From the human T2T-CHM13v2.0 reference genome, Homo sapiens, in assembly GCF_009914755.1 (NCBI RefSeq), contig NC_060940.1: a DNA stretch of 64,000 bases. One strand, given 5' to 3'. Shown piece by piece: positions 40,816 to 62,250 of the stretch (its first letter is position 1; each line of letters begins with the position of its first letter). The notes beneath the pieces are model-generated. The model ran no database searches. It saw only the letters and a program-made list of their open reading frames with translations, and had not been told where the DNA came from. A program made the translations under genes and the position numbers.

Positions 40816-41378
40816 TGTATTAGTCAGGGTTCTTCAGAGAGGCAGAAACCATCATGTATAAATAGACACGCAAGAAGGGACTTACTGGGGAAATTGGCTC
40901 ATGTGATTACGAAGGCTGAGAAGTCCCACGACAAACTTTCTACAAGCTGGAGACCTTGGGATGTTGGTAGCCTGGCTTGCGTCTAAAGGCCTCAGAACCT
41001 TGGAAGACCATGGTGTAACTCTCAGTCCAAGGACAAAAGCCTGAGAATCCAGGGGGCTGCTGGTGTTAAGCCCCAGAGTCCAGAAATCAGGAAGCCTGAT
41101 GTTCTGATGTCCAAAGGCAGGAGAAGGAGAGTATGTCCCAGCGCCAACAGATAGAGACACATTTGCTTTTTTTCTATTTTTGTTCTGTCAGGGTCCTCAA
41201 CTGATTGGATGGTACCCACTCACACTGAGAGTGGATGTTCCCTCTTTAGTCCACGCAGACTCTCACAGAAATCTCCTCTGGAAACACCTCCAGAGTGCTC
41301 ATAGGCACACCCCCTAATAACGCTTTCTCTAGGTATTCCTTAATTCAGTCAAATGGACACCTAAAATGAGCCGTTACA
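40816..41378 (-). mobile_element. MLT2B-type (HERV-L) LTR
   Basis: TGTATTAGTCAGGGTTCT...GGCTGAGAAGTCCCACGA...GACACCTAAAAT. Confidence 0.8.
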
Positions 41379-42898
41379 AGGTGTCTTCTTTGGGATGCCT
41401 CAAGTTACAAGTATAGTCAAAACATTACATTTGAGATCCTTGCATAGAAATATTTTGGAAATATGTTTATTTTCTTGTCTGGACAATTCTATGTTGCTTT
41501 AGAGAATGGCCCGCATGGCTTTTAGCTTAGTGATATACAAGATGGGTCATGTTTGCATAGGGGTGAGGTAGTGCCACATTTTAAATTAACTATTGATTAG
41601 TGGGATTTGTGTATTGAGGTTAATCAGGTACAACAAGAACAGATAACTTTACTTGGATTCTTTTAAGCTCAAGTACATAAATTTAATGCAGGGTAACTGT
41701 ATATTAGAAACAACATTTTTTTTTTTGTCTAGAAGTAATCAATGTAGTCTCAAAGCTGACAATAACAAGCAAAATTCAACCTTCTTCTATTTGGGCGAAT
41801 ATGGTTTTTATTTTCTTCTTAGGTTATGGAGCAAAGGGGACATATTTCTCTTTCTTGGAAAAATCTCACTATATATGGTGAGCAACAGCCCATTACCGTG
41901 GAAGGGACAAATGCAGTATTTTCCCAACAAGGAGTCACCTTGCATTCCCAGAGATAGCTGGAGCTGAAGTACAAGGATTTGTCAGGGAAGAAATATTGTT
42001 GAGCTTCCTACTAATTCAGGAGTGTCTTCAGGTTAAATTGGAAGGTCTTGTGACAAGGCTGAGAAAAATACACCAAGTGAGAGTTTTTGCTGAAAGATTA
42101 CTGTTTCTTGATGCCAGATGTATGAAGCTATGATTGCATTTATCATGAGTGTGGGACCAAAGACTGAATTTTAACCACAGGGTTGCTTACCTGGCAGTCT
42201 CTCAAGAGATCCTGGAGTTCACATCTTTCTGAAATCAAAACAAACAAATAAACAAACAAATAACTCCCCCACCTGTCCTTTTAGAACTTGGAAATGGTTA
42301 TAGTTCTTCAAGCCTGGACAGAGAAAAACTGAGGAGAGGGCACCTGAGTGATCAAGGTATTTTTTCTCTTGACACTCATGTAGAAGCTTTGGGGCCTGAT
42401 AACATCAGTCTTTGTGACCTCTTAGAATCCTTTGTGATTTCCTGGATTCTTCAGATTCTGTTTGTTGACCAAGGGGCACGCACCGTGGTCAGGCCAGCAC
42501 CTCATCTTTTCTGCAAACCACTTTCTCCTATTTTCAGAACAGTATTATTCAGTTTATGTGGTTCAGGGAGGTCACATGACTCAGCCTTGTCCAATCAGAG
42601 GACTCAATCCTGCTGGCCACATTGATTGGTCCAGGAATGGATATATCCTAAGAATGGACCAATCACTACTTTCCATGAGTCTTTTCTCAGAGGTTGTGGG
42701 AAAGACACTTTCTCCTAAGCTGGTATTGAGAGCTGTGTGTAGTACACAGGCTTGAGACCGTGAACTGCCGTCTTGTGTCCACCTGGATAAAGCTTGTCTG
42801 ATAATAAAGCAAAGTGGAGCTGAGGGATAAAGAGAGAGACATACAGAGGACCCTGATGACATTATTTGAACCTAGATGCAGCTAAGTCTGAAGCTAGT

Positions 42899-43875
42899 TG
42901 TCCGGAATTGGTGGGTTCTTGGTCTCACTGACTTCAAGAATGAAGCTGCGGACCCTCACGGTGAGTGTCTCAGTTCTTAAAGAGGGCGTGTCCGCAGTTT
43001 GTTCCTTCTGATGTTCGGATGCGTTCAGAGTTTCTTCCTCCTGGTGGGCTCGTGGTCTCGCTGGCTTCAGGAGTGAAGCTGCAGACCTTTGTGGTGAGTG
43101 TTACAGCTCATAAAGGGAGTGTGGACCTAAAGAGTGAGCAGCAGCAAGATTTATTGCAAAGAGCCAAAGAACAAAGCTGCCACAGCGTGGAAGGGGACCC
43201 CAGCAGGTTGCCACTACTGGCTGGGGCAGCCTGCTTTTATTCCCTTATCTGGCCCCACCCACATCCTGCTGATTGGTCCATTTTACAGAGAGCTGATTGG
43301 TTGGTTTTACAGACAGCTGATTGGTCTGCTTTGACAGGGTGCTGATTGGTGCGTTTACAATCCTTTAGCTAGACACAAAAGTTCTCCCCCTCCCTACTAG
43401 ATTAGCTAGATACAGAGGGTGGACACAAAAGTTCTCCACCTCCCCACTAGATTAGCTAGATACAGAGTGTCGACTGGTGCATTCACAAACCCTGAGCTAG
43501 ACACAGGGTGCTGACTGGTGTGTTTACAAACCTTGAGCTAGATACAGAGTGCTGATTGGTGTATTTACAATCCCTTAGCTAGACATAAAGGTTCTCCAAG
43601 TCCCCACCACACTCAGGAGCCCAGCTGGCTTCACCCAGTGGATTCTGCACCGGGGCCGCAGGTGGAGCTGCCTGCTAGTCCTGTGCCGTGCGCCCGCACT
43701 CCTCAGCCCTTGGGTGGTCGATGGGACTGGGCGCCATGGAGCAGGGGGCGGCGCTCGTCGGGGAGGCTCCGGCAGCGCAGGAGCCCACGGCGGGGAGGCT
43801 CAGGCATGGTGGGCTGCAGGTCCCGAGCCCTTCCCCGCAGGGAGGCAGCTAAGGCCTGGCGAGAAATCCAGCGCA
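42899..43875 (-). mobile_element. LTR12C-type LTR lacking ~340 bp of its 5' (U3) end
   Basis: Collinear with 7017-8064 of the first LTR12; CTAG at 42894-42897 and 43876-43879. Confidence 0.9.
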
Positions 43876-45453
43876 CTAGGACCATCCCCTCAAACTTGCG
43901 GGGTACATAAGTTGCCAGTATTTTAATGTAAGCTGGTTTGAATTGTGTTTCTGCTGTTTGCAAGTGAACTTATTGGTTAAATCTGGAAAGCTTCAGTGCA
44001 TTACTCAATCCAGAGAAAGAGGGTGGTTTCAACACATAAGGCAGAAACATGGCATTGAATTGTTTTCATTAAAACAGAAATACCCAATAGCTCCAGTTAG
44101 AACATTTCTCAGCAAAACTAAGAGGGTGGTGGAAGGAGTTTGGTGGAAGCCTTAAAAAGCCCTTATCTTATTGAGGAGAGGCAGGCAGAAGAAGAAGGAA
44201 TGATAACATTTGGTGAAGGCAGGGGTTGGCATCTTGTTTCCATAGAATGATAGAGAAACATATTTATGAATGCTTGGAAAGGGAAAGTCAATTCCTAAAG
44301 ACAAGAGGGAGCAAACAAAAGCTTGTTCCAACCAGGGAAAAATGAAAATAGGAAATAAAGGAAAATAAATAACAAGCATGAAGCAGTATCAAAGGATCAA
44401 AATCAAGCATATCACTTACACTAAGTAGATTGTACTTTTTTTTTTTTTAATTAAAAGACAGTGACTGTCAGTTGGGATTAAAAAAACAAAATCCAAAATC
44501 TGGGTTTCAGTGTCATCTGTAAAATGTAGATATAATGACTGTGGTGAGTATCTGTGTGTGCATGTGTACATATGTGTATGAGTTTATGTAGGAGTACACA
44601 TATACTTAGAAGCACAAATGAGTCATGCTCTATACAACATTGTGCAGCTCCTTTTTTACAGAAGCCACATGTCCTAAGGATCTCTCTATGCTGGCGCATA
44701 AAAGCTTGCTCCATTTTTTAGTAGCTGTGCATATTCTGCTTTATGGCTATACCATAAATTCATTTAGCCGAACTCCCATCAGGGACACTTCGGTTGTTTT
44801 GGTTGTTTGCTTTTCTAAACGATGCTGCAATAAAATTTCCTCATGTACCATTTGGGGTCACTCATGCAGTTGTATCTCGAGGATCAGTCCCCAGAAGTGA
44901 GATTGCTGGGCAGAGGGTCCGTGCACTTAACATGTTGAAAGATATTACCAAATTAGACAGTTTAACTTGCAAATGTGTCTTATTAGGAGAAATCTGTTAG
45001 ATTAAGTCCACCTTGTAAATGTTATATTTGAGTAGTCCATTTATTAAATTGATTTGTGTTCTGCTTCTTCCCCAAAAGGGCTCAAGGAAGCTTATAGCAA
45101 GAGGCAAATCAAATAAGGCTGAAAATAATAAACATGCGGACAAAAGCCAGTATGGCAACAGTTTTTGAGCACTTACTACATGCCAGACACTGTTGCAAGT
45201 GATTTGTATATATAAACTCAACTAAACCGCACAATTCCATTAGGAAGGGATTAGCCTCTCCATTTTGCAGGTGGGGAAACCAAGGCACAGAAGGGTTAGA
45301 TAACTTGTTCAATGTCACACAGTGAGTGGTGAAGCTGGGAATTGAACTCGGGCAGGCTGGATTCAAAGTCTTCCCTGTTAGCCATTATGATATACTACTT
45401 CTCCAAAATCAGGATTCTGATGAGGAGGAAGGATGAAGCTGGACACAGATAGG

Positions 45454-49730
<4,277 letters not shown>

Positions 49731-50067
49731 ATGTCCTTATTTCCTAGCCCTTTTATTCTCCAGTGTTTTCCCTGCCCTGGACTGGGGTAGGAAATGTCAT
49801 GTTTTGAGTTAGTGCAGCTTGGGACCAATGTGTGTAGTGTGGACTTCACTATTGAACCCTTTTGATTCTTTGTCTCTTTTCCAGAGGCTTGGCGCCCAAA
49901 TCAATCAGATATCAGAACCCAGACAAGGTGTTCCCAGGTGGCGCTTGTGCCTGGGACCCACATAAGCTGTGTTTTCTTGCCCAGCTGGATGGTGTCCCGG
50001 TATCTGTCATAGAAGCTTCCCTCCTTGGGCACAACCTTGTCATCACTACAGGTGTGTTCAACAGCAC

Positions 50068-50578
50068 TAAAGAGAGAGGAGGAGAAGAGAGGAAAGAAGA
50101 AGGGGTAGAGAGGAGGGAGCAAGTGGGAGTGAGAGGGATGGAGGGGGAAGAGGAGAAGTCTCAGAAATCTGCAATCATCCACTGCCTGGGAGGGAAAGGG
50201 GAAATCTACTCTGGCCGTGGTGCTGAAGTACAAGTGCCCTGCAAAGGACTTCAAGGCAGCAACCAGGCCAGCAAGAAATGAGAGGGAGAGGGAGAGGGGG
50301 AGGGGGAGGGGAGGGAAAAAGGGATGGAGAAAGGAATGGAGGGAGAGAGATAGAGCGAGGGAGGGAGGAAAGTAGAAATAAAAAGGGAGGGAGTAAGAGA
50401 GAGGGAGGGAGGGAAACGGAGGAAGGAAGAGAGAGAAACAGAGGGAGAGAGAGAGGGAGGGAGAGAGAAACAAAGATGCAGAAGCAGGGAGAGAGAGAAA
50501 GAGACAAGGGAGGGAGGAAGAGAGTGAGAGAGAGAGAGAGAGAGAGAAAGGAGAGAAGGAGAGAGACAGAGAGGGACT
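50068..50578. repeat. GA-rich low-complexity purine tracts
   Basis: (GA)n/(GGGA)n runs; source of spurious long ORFs. Confidence 0.9.
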
Positions 50579-51667
50579 GATAGAATGCTAACCCCTGCCT
50601 AGATTAGGGGTCAAATGCCAATGCCACAGGTTCATGTTGGGGAGACACACTTTTTTTTTTTTGCCAGCATTTTTGTTCACTTCCCAAGGAGGCTTAAATT
50701 ATGTGTGCATGTGTGTGTGTATGTGTGTGCATAAGAACAGGGATTATTACTATATGAATTTTACTCCATGTTGGAGGCATTGGTTGGGACATCATCTTAC
50801 TTGTGCCTATAAAACAGCGGGGCGGCATAGCTGGGGCACGGACATAGGCAGCCCTGCCCATGGGGACACCATAGCTTTGCTCACAGTGCAGGAGGCCAGC
50901 AGCTCTGTGGGAGGGACAATGAAAGATGCTTCTGTTGTGTCTTCTGAGGCCTTGGCTTCTAGGTCAGCCCAAGAGGATGGGGGATTTTTTACTCTGTTTT
51001 GAAGATCAAGGGTGTCTCCCAATCCCCGTGGTTGCCTATTTGGTTTGCTCTAGTTTAATCTTCTAGGGGTAACCAGGGGTTTGCTCTCTGCCTTCTGTGC
51101 CTCACAGGGACTTCTGGGATCTTGCTGGCTTCCATGAACCTCAGGGATTTCCATGCAGGAGTAGAAGATAATAGGCATGTGGCTGCATGGTGCCTCAGAG
51201 CTCAGGTTCAGGAGCCAGATATGCCTGCATTGAAGTCATTTCTGACCTTCACTGTGGTCTTGGATGTGGTCTCTTCTTGTTTTGTTACTGATGCAGAGAT
51301 GGAGGCCCCTGGGTGGTGACTGGTATCTGAAGATGAGAGAATGAAGGGGGTAAGGCTTTTTGTTAATGTCAACCCTGAAATTATTACACAATGCACCATG
51401 GTTCTTGCTGGTCCTAAGCAGTCAGCTTGATCTTATAGTGATTCCCCAGAAAGTTCTGGAAGGTAAGTGTCTTTGAGAGGTTACCAGCATGGGCTTGAGG
51501 CAGATCATTGAGATGCGAGTCCCAGCTCCATCCTTTACTAGCTGGGTGACCTTGGACAAGTTGTTGAACTTCTCAGAGCTTCATCTTCCTCATATGTTAA
51601 AAGGGAATAATAATAATATCCACCTCCATGGTTGTAAAAAAGATTATTTATTTTTATTTCTTATTGA

Positions 51668-51943
<276 letters not shown>

Positions 51944-52039
51944 TGAGCCTGCCCCTATAAAGAAGATTAAATGAACTAATATACACAGAATGTTTAGAAC
52001 AGTGCCTGACACAGAGTAAGCTTTAAAAAATATCAGCTA

Positions 52040-52790
52040 TTATTTTTTTCTTCAATTTTTAAGTTTCAGAGGTACATGTGCAAGACGTGCAGATTTGTTA
52101 CATAGGTAAATGTGTGCAATGGTGGTTTGTTGCACAGAACATTCCATTACCTATGTATTAAGCCCAGCACCCATTAGCTACTTTTCCTGATGCTCTCTCT
52201 CCTCCACCAACAGGTCCCAGTGTTTGTTGTTCCCCGCATGTGTTCATGTGTTCTCATCATTCAGCTCCTACTCATAAGTGAGAACATGTGGTATTTCGTT
52301 TTCTCTTCCTGTGTTAGTTTGCCGAGGATAACAGCTTCCAGCTCCAACCATGTACCTGCAAAGGACATAGTCTCATTCCTTTTTATGGCTGCATAGTATT
52401 CCATGGTGTATATGTACCACATTTTCTTTTTTTTTTTTTTTTGAGACAGAGTCTTGCTCTGTCACCCAGGCTGGAGTGCAGTGGCTTGATCTCGGCTCAC
52501 TGCAAGCTCCGCCTCCTGGGTCACGCCATTCTCCTGCCTCAGCCTCTCCAAGTAGCTGGGACTACAGGCGCCTGCCACCATGCCTGGCTAATTTTTTGTA
52601 TTTTTTAGTAGAGACGGGGTTTCACCGTGGTCTGGAACTCCTGACCTCATGATCCGCCCGCCTCGGCCTCCCAAAGTCCTGGGATTACAAGCGTGAGCCA
52701 CCGCGCCCGGCCTATGTGCCACATTTTCTTTATCTACTCTATCATTGATGGGCATTTAGGTTGATTCCACTTCTTTGCTATTGCAAATAG
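52040..52790 (-). mobile_element. 5'-truncated L1PA 3' end with nested AluY (52422-52712)
   Basis: GTACATGTGCA...GTTACATAGGTA, GGCTGCATAGTATTCCATGG; Alu TSD TATGT.CCACATTTTCTTT; L1 flanks AATATCA..TATTATT. Confidence 0.88.
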
Positions 52791-52827
52791 TGAATATCAC
52801 TTATTATTATTTTACTAATATTATTAC

Positions 52828-53549
52828 TGTTGTGGCTCAGAAAATGATAACCCAAAATTTGGCACTTTGACGTGCTGAATGCTTTGAACTGAAATAGGAA
52901 GGCCTCAGAAATAAGTCTCAGAACCAAGGTCTCTCTGACCTTCCCCTGCTCTCTATCTCTCTGATCCTCTTTCTTTTCTCAAGCACAGGGAGGGACTCTC
53001 TCTGAAATTTTCTTGTTTGACTAAAGAAACTTCTTTCCAAAAGAAATACGTTCGTCTTAAGACCCCCTCCCTAGGAATCTCGTCGAATAACCACCAGAGA
53101 AGAGACTAAAAGTCGTCACCATGCTGAGACAGACTTTTCATCTATTCTTCTGAGGGCAGCTCTAAGAGATTACCTGGGAGACCTTATCTGCATAATAAGA
53201 CAACCTTTGCTCATAGTAAAGTTCTGCCCCTTACCTTCCCACCACCTCCACCAGAGCTCTGAGGGATGTTGTCCCAGGCCATTGTTCTTTGGGCTCATTT
53301 ATTTCCCTTAGAAATTATATACTACCCCTAAAATTACCTACAGGCCCTTTATTTACCTTCCCACTAAGAAAATAGTATTTAAGCCTCAACGACCTGGTCT
53401 CTTTTTGAGCCTCATATTTGCAGGACTCCGGCATCCATATACACACCAAGAAATCTGTATGCCTTTTTTTCTCCTGTGTATTGTTTATTTATCAGTCATT
53501 TCAGTGAACCGTCCGTGGGCAGAGAGGACACTTTTCCTCTGTCCCTACA
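52828..53549 (+). mobile_element. MER39-type ERV1 solo LTR
   Basis: TGTTGTGGCTCAGAAAA...CCCTACA; 4-bp TSD TTAC at 52824-52827 and 53550-53553. Confidence 0.72.
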
Positions 53550-54001
53550 TTACCATGGCTCTTGTCAACTAGAAAGCATTAGGAACTAATGTGTACTTCC
53601 TGTCCTCAGTTTCCTTATCTGAAAAACGGGGCTGCTGATAATAGTCACTTCGGTAGCTCAAGAAAGAAATAAGAGAGATCACACAAAGTGCCCCCACACA
53701 GTGTAGGCACCCAAAATATGACATTTTCCCCTTCCTCCTTTCTTTGGTCATATTCAAGATCGAGGTATATCAAATATTGGCATAAATGCACAGTTTGGTG
53801 GTTCTTGCCTTTTTGAGGGGTCATGGGTCCAGAATCACATCTCCCTCTCAGGGTTCAATAATTCAATGAACTATAATGGGTTTTTAATCTTATTGCCCAG
53901 AAAAACCCATATTAATTGCTTCTTTACACAATACATTAAATACAATTTTCTAGGAAAGAAAATGTGACTGACAAAAGTGGGTTATTAAAAGTCAAACTCT
54001 C

Positions 54002-58844
<4,843 letters not shown>

Positions 58845-60207
58845 TCATGTCAAGGTATGCTGCAGACTGGGACACAGTCTGTCCAAATTAAACCTCAGGA
58901 AGGAAAATATTTATGATACACACCAGAGAGAGTCTATGACTAGCTGGTGGCCCATGTCCTTTTAATTGTCCCTAATTTTCCTGCCTAGTTTAAATGCTGC
59001 AAAACATGGGGTTGACACTCTGAACTTGGGCACCGGAATTGGGTCAGGCTGCGTGGGTGGGGACTGGAACCCTGAATTATAGTTTTCTTTCCAGAGATGT
59101 CAGAATGTTTCATGAATAAGAGCACAGCTTCTATGTTGGATACCCTGAATTTGAATCTCAGCATGGCCACTTTGTATATAACCAGAGGATGAATTGGGGA
59201 CCCAATGGATCTACCATGACATGAACCTGCACCAACATTCACCTGACCTCCAAAATGCCTATTCTGACTGGTAGACCCTAGTCTCGCCCTAGTGCCAGTT
59301 CAGAGCCTGTGTCCAGTGATCCTGCACAGGTCCCATTAGTTCCTATTCCCCTGTTCAGTCATCCTGGTAAAAGGCTGTGTATTCCTGTGGGGGCAGGCTG
59401 GGAGAAAGATTGACAGTATAAATTTTTGGCAGTGGAGCAGAGTCCTTTCTGGAGGGGACCTGGCTTCACATTCAGACAAGGGACTCCTGGTCTGTGAACT
59501 GGCTTATGTCTGGGAATTGACTGGGGACTGTGACTCTGTTTTTATGATTCAGGTTAGACTTCTGCTCACCTGACCTAGAACTCTTCTGCAAACACAGATC
59601 AAGTAAAAATGTGGCAGGCTTCTTATCTATTTCACTTCTAGGAAAGCCACGATCAGCTGGCACCATAGGTCTCTGCGAGTCATGCTATTCTGCTTGCAGC
59701 TTTGACTCTGCTGTCCTTTATGGTAACTGCATCCACCTTGCCTTTGGGGATTGAGTGCTGCGGTCACTTGGCCCCGGCCCCTGTAGTGTGCCTATGTCAC
59801 TTACCCTCTTTATACCTCAGTCTCCTCCTCTGTAAAATGGGCATCCTAATAACACCCACCGCCAGGGCTGCTGTGAGGTATAGATGGATTAGCATATGGA
59901 AAGTAATAGAAGAGGGTCTCAAAGCCCATGTGTCATTATCAGAATTATTTCATGACAGGGGAGAGCTGGAGGAGAGGGGAAGGTGCTGAGCAGACCCATG
60001 TGCTCTCCCACCAGTGTTTCCTGAGCACCTACTATGTGCTGCCCACTGTGAGAGCTGTTAGGGTTGAAATAGGGAGCACAGCAGGGTAGGGGCTGCCATC
60101 AGGAGCTTAGTGGGGAGACCATTGTGCAACATGGTTCCAGCGCTTGGGATGGGGAAGCTCAGGGAGTACAGGGGCCTAGGATCCTGGGCAGAATCATGGA
60201 AAGGACA

Positions 60208-60332
60208 CAGCCTCCCCAGCCTCTCCTGCCTCCACTGTCTCCCTGGCCTCCTCTGCTTCCCTGGGCTCTCCTGCCTTCCTGGCTTCCCCTTCCTCCCCGG
60301 CCTCCCCAGTCTCCCCTGTCTCTCCTGCTTTT
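60208..60332. repeat. Degenerate pyrimidine-rich tandem repeat (CCTCCCCTG-like, ~9/18-bp period)
   Basis: Reads as LSCLHCLPGLLCFPGLSCLPG periodicity in the ORF track. Confidence 0.7.
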
Positions 60333-61219
60333 GAGGTAGGCCAGGAGCTGCGGGTGCTCACTTAGCCTGTCCTGGACTCTGGGTGTAGCACCTCGATGTC
60401 CAGAAAATACCCCCGGGTTCAGCTCATCACACAGCCAAGGAAGGAGCTCGCTCCACACTGACACTAACGGTGCATCCTGGGCTCATTCATCGGGCACGCC
60501 TCCAAAATATTTCTCTACGTCTCCTCCCTTTGCCCACCTGCATTGTCTCTGTGCCTGAGTCCTGGCTGGGGGCCTGCAAGGATCCCCTATCTCCTCTGTC
60601 CCTGCACAGCTGGGTTCCAGGCAATCTGTCTGCCCACCACACCTCTCTCCCCTTGCCCACCATGCTCCAGCCCCACAGTCCTCTTTCTGCTTCTTTCCCA
60701 GCCTCTGGGCTTTTGCACACGCTGTTCCCTCTGCCTGAACACCCTCCACTGGGCTGAGAACAACTCTGAGACCTCTCTCAGCTGTTGCTTCCTTTGGAAC
60801 AGCCGCTGCTGTTGTCCCTCTCCCAGCTCCAAGACCTGCCGAGCCTCCTGTCTTTTTCAGTTCCCATGCACCCAGCACTTCTCCTTGGCCTCCTTTTGCC
60901 CAATTGACAATGTCCATTCTCAATGCCTTCTCACCCAGCGCTGAGCCCCACTGGGTGAAGGCAATGCCTGTCATGTTCACCACAATATCCCCTCCCCCAT
61001 CACCACGCCTGGTCCACAGTGATGCTCAAAAAAGATCTGTTGGTAGGCAATGGGAAGGTGCATTCATGTCATCCTGCAGGCGGAATTCTCCACTCGGTTT
61101 TCCCACTACCTCCAAATCATGCGAGACACAGGGTAAGAGCAAAGACAAGGTGGCTGTGGCCCATGTCCACCCTCTCGGGGCGTCCCTTCTCTTCTCTCCT
61201 CCTTGGGCAGGGAGACCAT

Positions 61220-62250
61220 CGGGGTGCAACCTGGCTGGGGCGGGGAGGAGGTGCACGGCCTGGCCGGAGCGGGTCTGGCCACGGGTAGGGGAGAGCGACC
61301 GCCTGGGCCGGGGCAGGTGAGCGCAGCGCAGGCCAGGGCCCGGCGTGTCCGCGGTGCGGGCGAGCGGCCGGCAGAGGGCGCCAGAGAGCCAGGAGCGGCC
61401 CGCGGAGGAGCCCGCGCCGGCCCCGATGCCCAGCTCCGCGCCGCGCGGACCCACCGAGCCCGCGCTCAGACGCCCCAGCTCCGCCGAGAGGCCGCTCGCG
61501 CCGGGTCCTTCCTCTTCCCCAAGTGCAGGCAGAGCCCCCGGAGCCATGGCCAGCCCTTCCGGCAGCTCCGAAGCCACTGGCAAGCCCCGAGGCAGGGATG
61601 GCCGGCCCAGGAGGGAGGAGGACGACGTCCCTCCCGAAGAGAAGAGGCTGCGGCTGGGGCTGGAGGGGGGAAGCGCACAGCCCGAGGACTGCGAGGACGG
61701 GAAGGACGCGCCGCGGCCGGGCAGGGAGGAGACCGGCACCCAGACAGGTGGCGACGGCAGAGGAGTAAGTGACGCGGGCGCGGGGGTCCGGGGGTGCCGG
61801 GGGCGCGGGGGTGCCGGAGACGCGGGGTAGGGGCTGCGGGAGGCTCCGTGGCCGGCCCCGGGTTGAAGTTGGTAACTGAGTGGCAACTCCGGCGGGCGCG
61901 GAGTGACAGCTCGTGACGGCCTCCGAGACGCCAGCTGCCCCTTCTCGGCTGTGTGGCTTCGACTTCCTGATTCTCCCACGACGTCCCTGGCCAGGAGCCC
62001 CGTTGGACTCTGCGGCTAGCCAAAAGGGGAGGGGGAGCCCCGCGTCCTGGGGGCCCCCAGCAGGGGAAGGGGCGGGGGTTGCGCTGGGCATCCTGTCTGG
62101 GGCATCTGTCTGGGACTTTTGTCGGTCCCACCTGGCGGGGGGCTTATGGTGGGGGTAGAGGGGAAGTCCCTGGCGCCAGGCTTGGCCAAGCCCTGCTCTG
62201 CTGGGCTGCGGGCTGGCGGCGCTCACCCAGCTCCTCACCTGCCCCGCATC
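61220..62250 (+). promoter_or_regulatory. CpG-island promoter
   Basis: Very high GC and CpG density in non-repeat DNA; GC box GGGGCGGGG at 61237-61245; contains first exon and donor. Confidence 0.88.
61426..61764 (+). CDS. RBFOX1: Coding part of a first exon: far-upstream RBFOX1 exon 1 (or a segmental-duplicate copy); in-frame ATGs at 61426 and 61546
   Basis: Kozak GAGCCATGG at 61546; 73 codons MASPSGSSEATGKPRGRDGRPRREEDDVPPEEKRLRLGLEGG...GGDGRG ending at phase-0 donor GGA|GTAAGT (61764/61765); gene identity from recall of annotated long RBFOX1 isoforms. Confidence 0.62.

Noticed and set aside
40380-42500. Unique-looking AT-rich DNA around MLT2B as a possible pseudogene
   Set aside because: No recognisable protein similarity in the frames I read; one additional splice-like pair would need an implausibly short (~45-nt) intron
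49862-50580. 190-aa minus ORF with WVPG (RNase H-like) and a CTCF-like CCCAGGTGGCGCT at ~49933-49945
   Set aside because: The ORF is mostly GA-repeat translation; WVPG lacks the following His and other RNase H motifs; the CTCF match lacks the 5' CC core, so it is too weak to call
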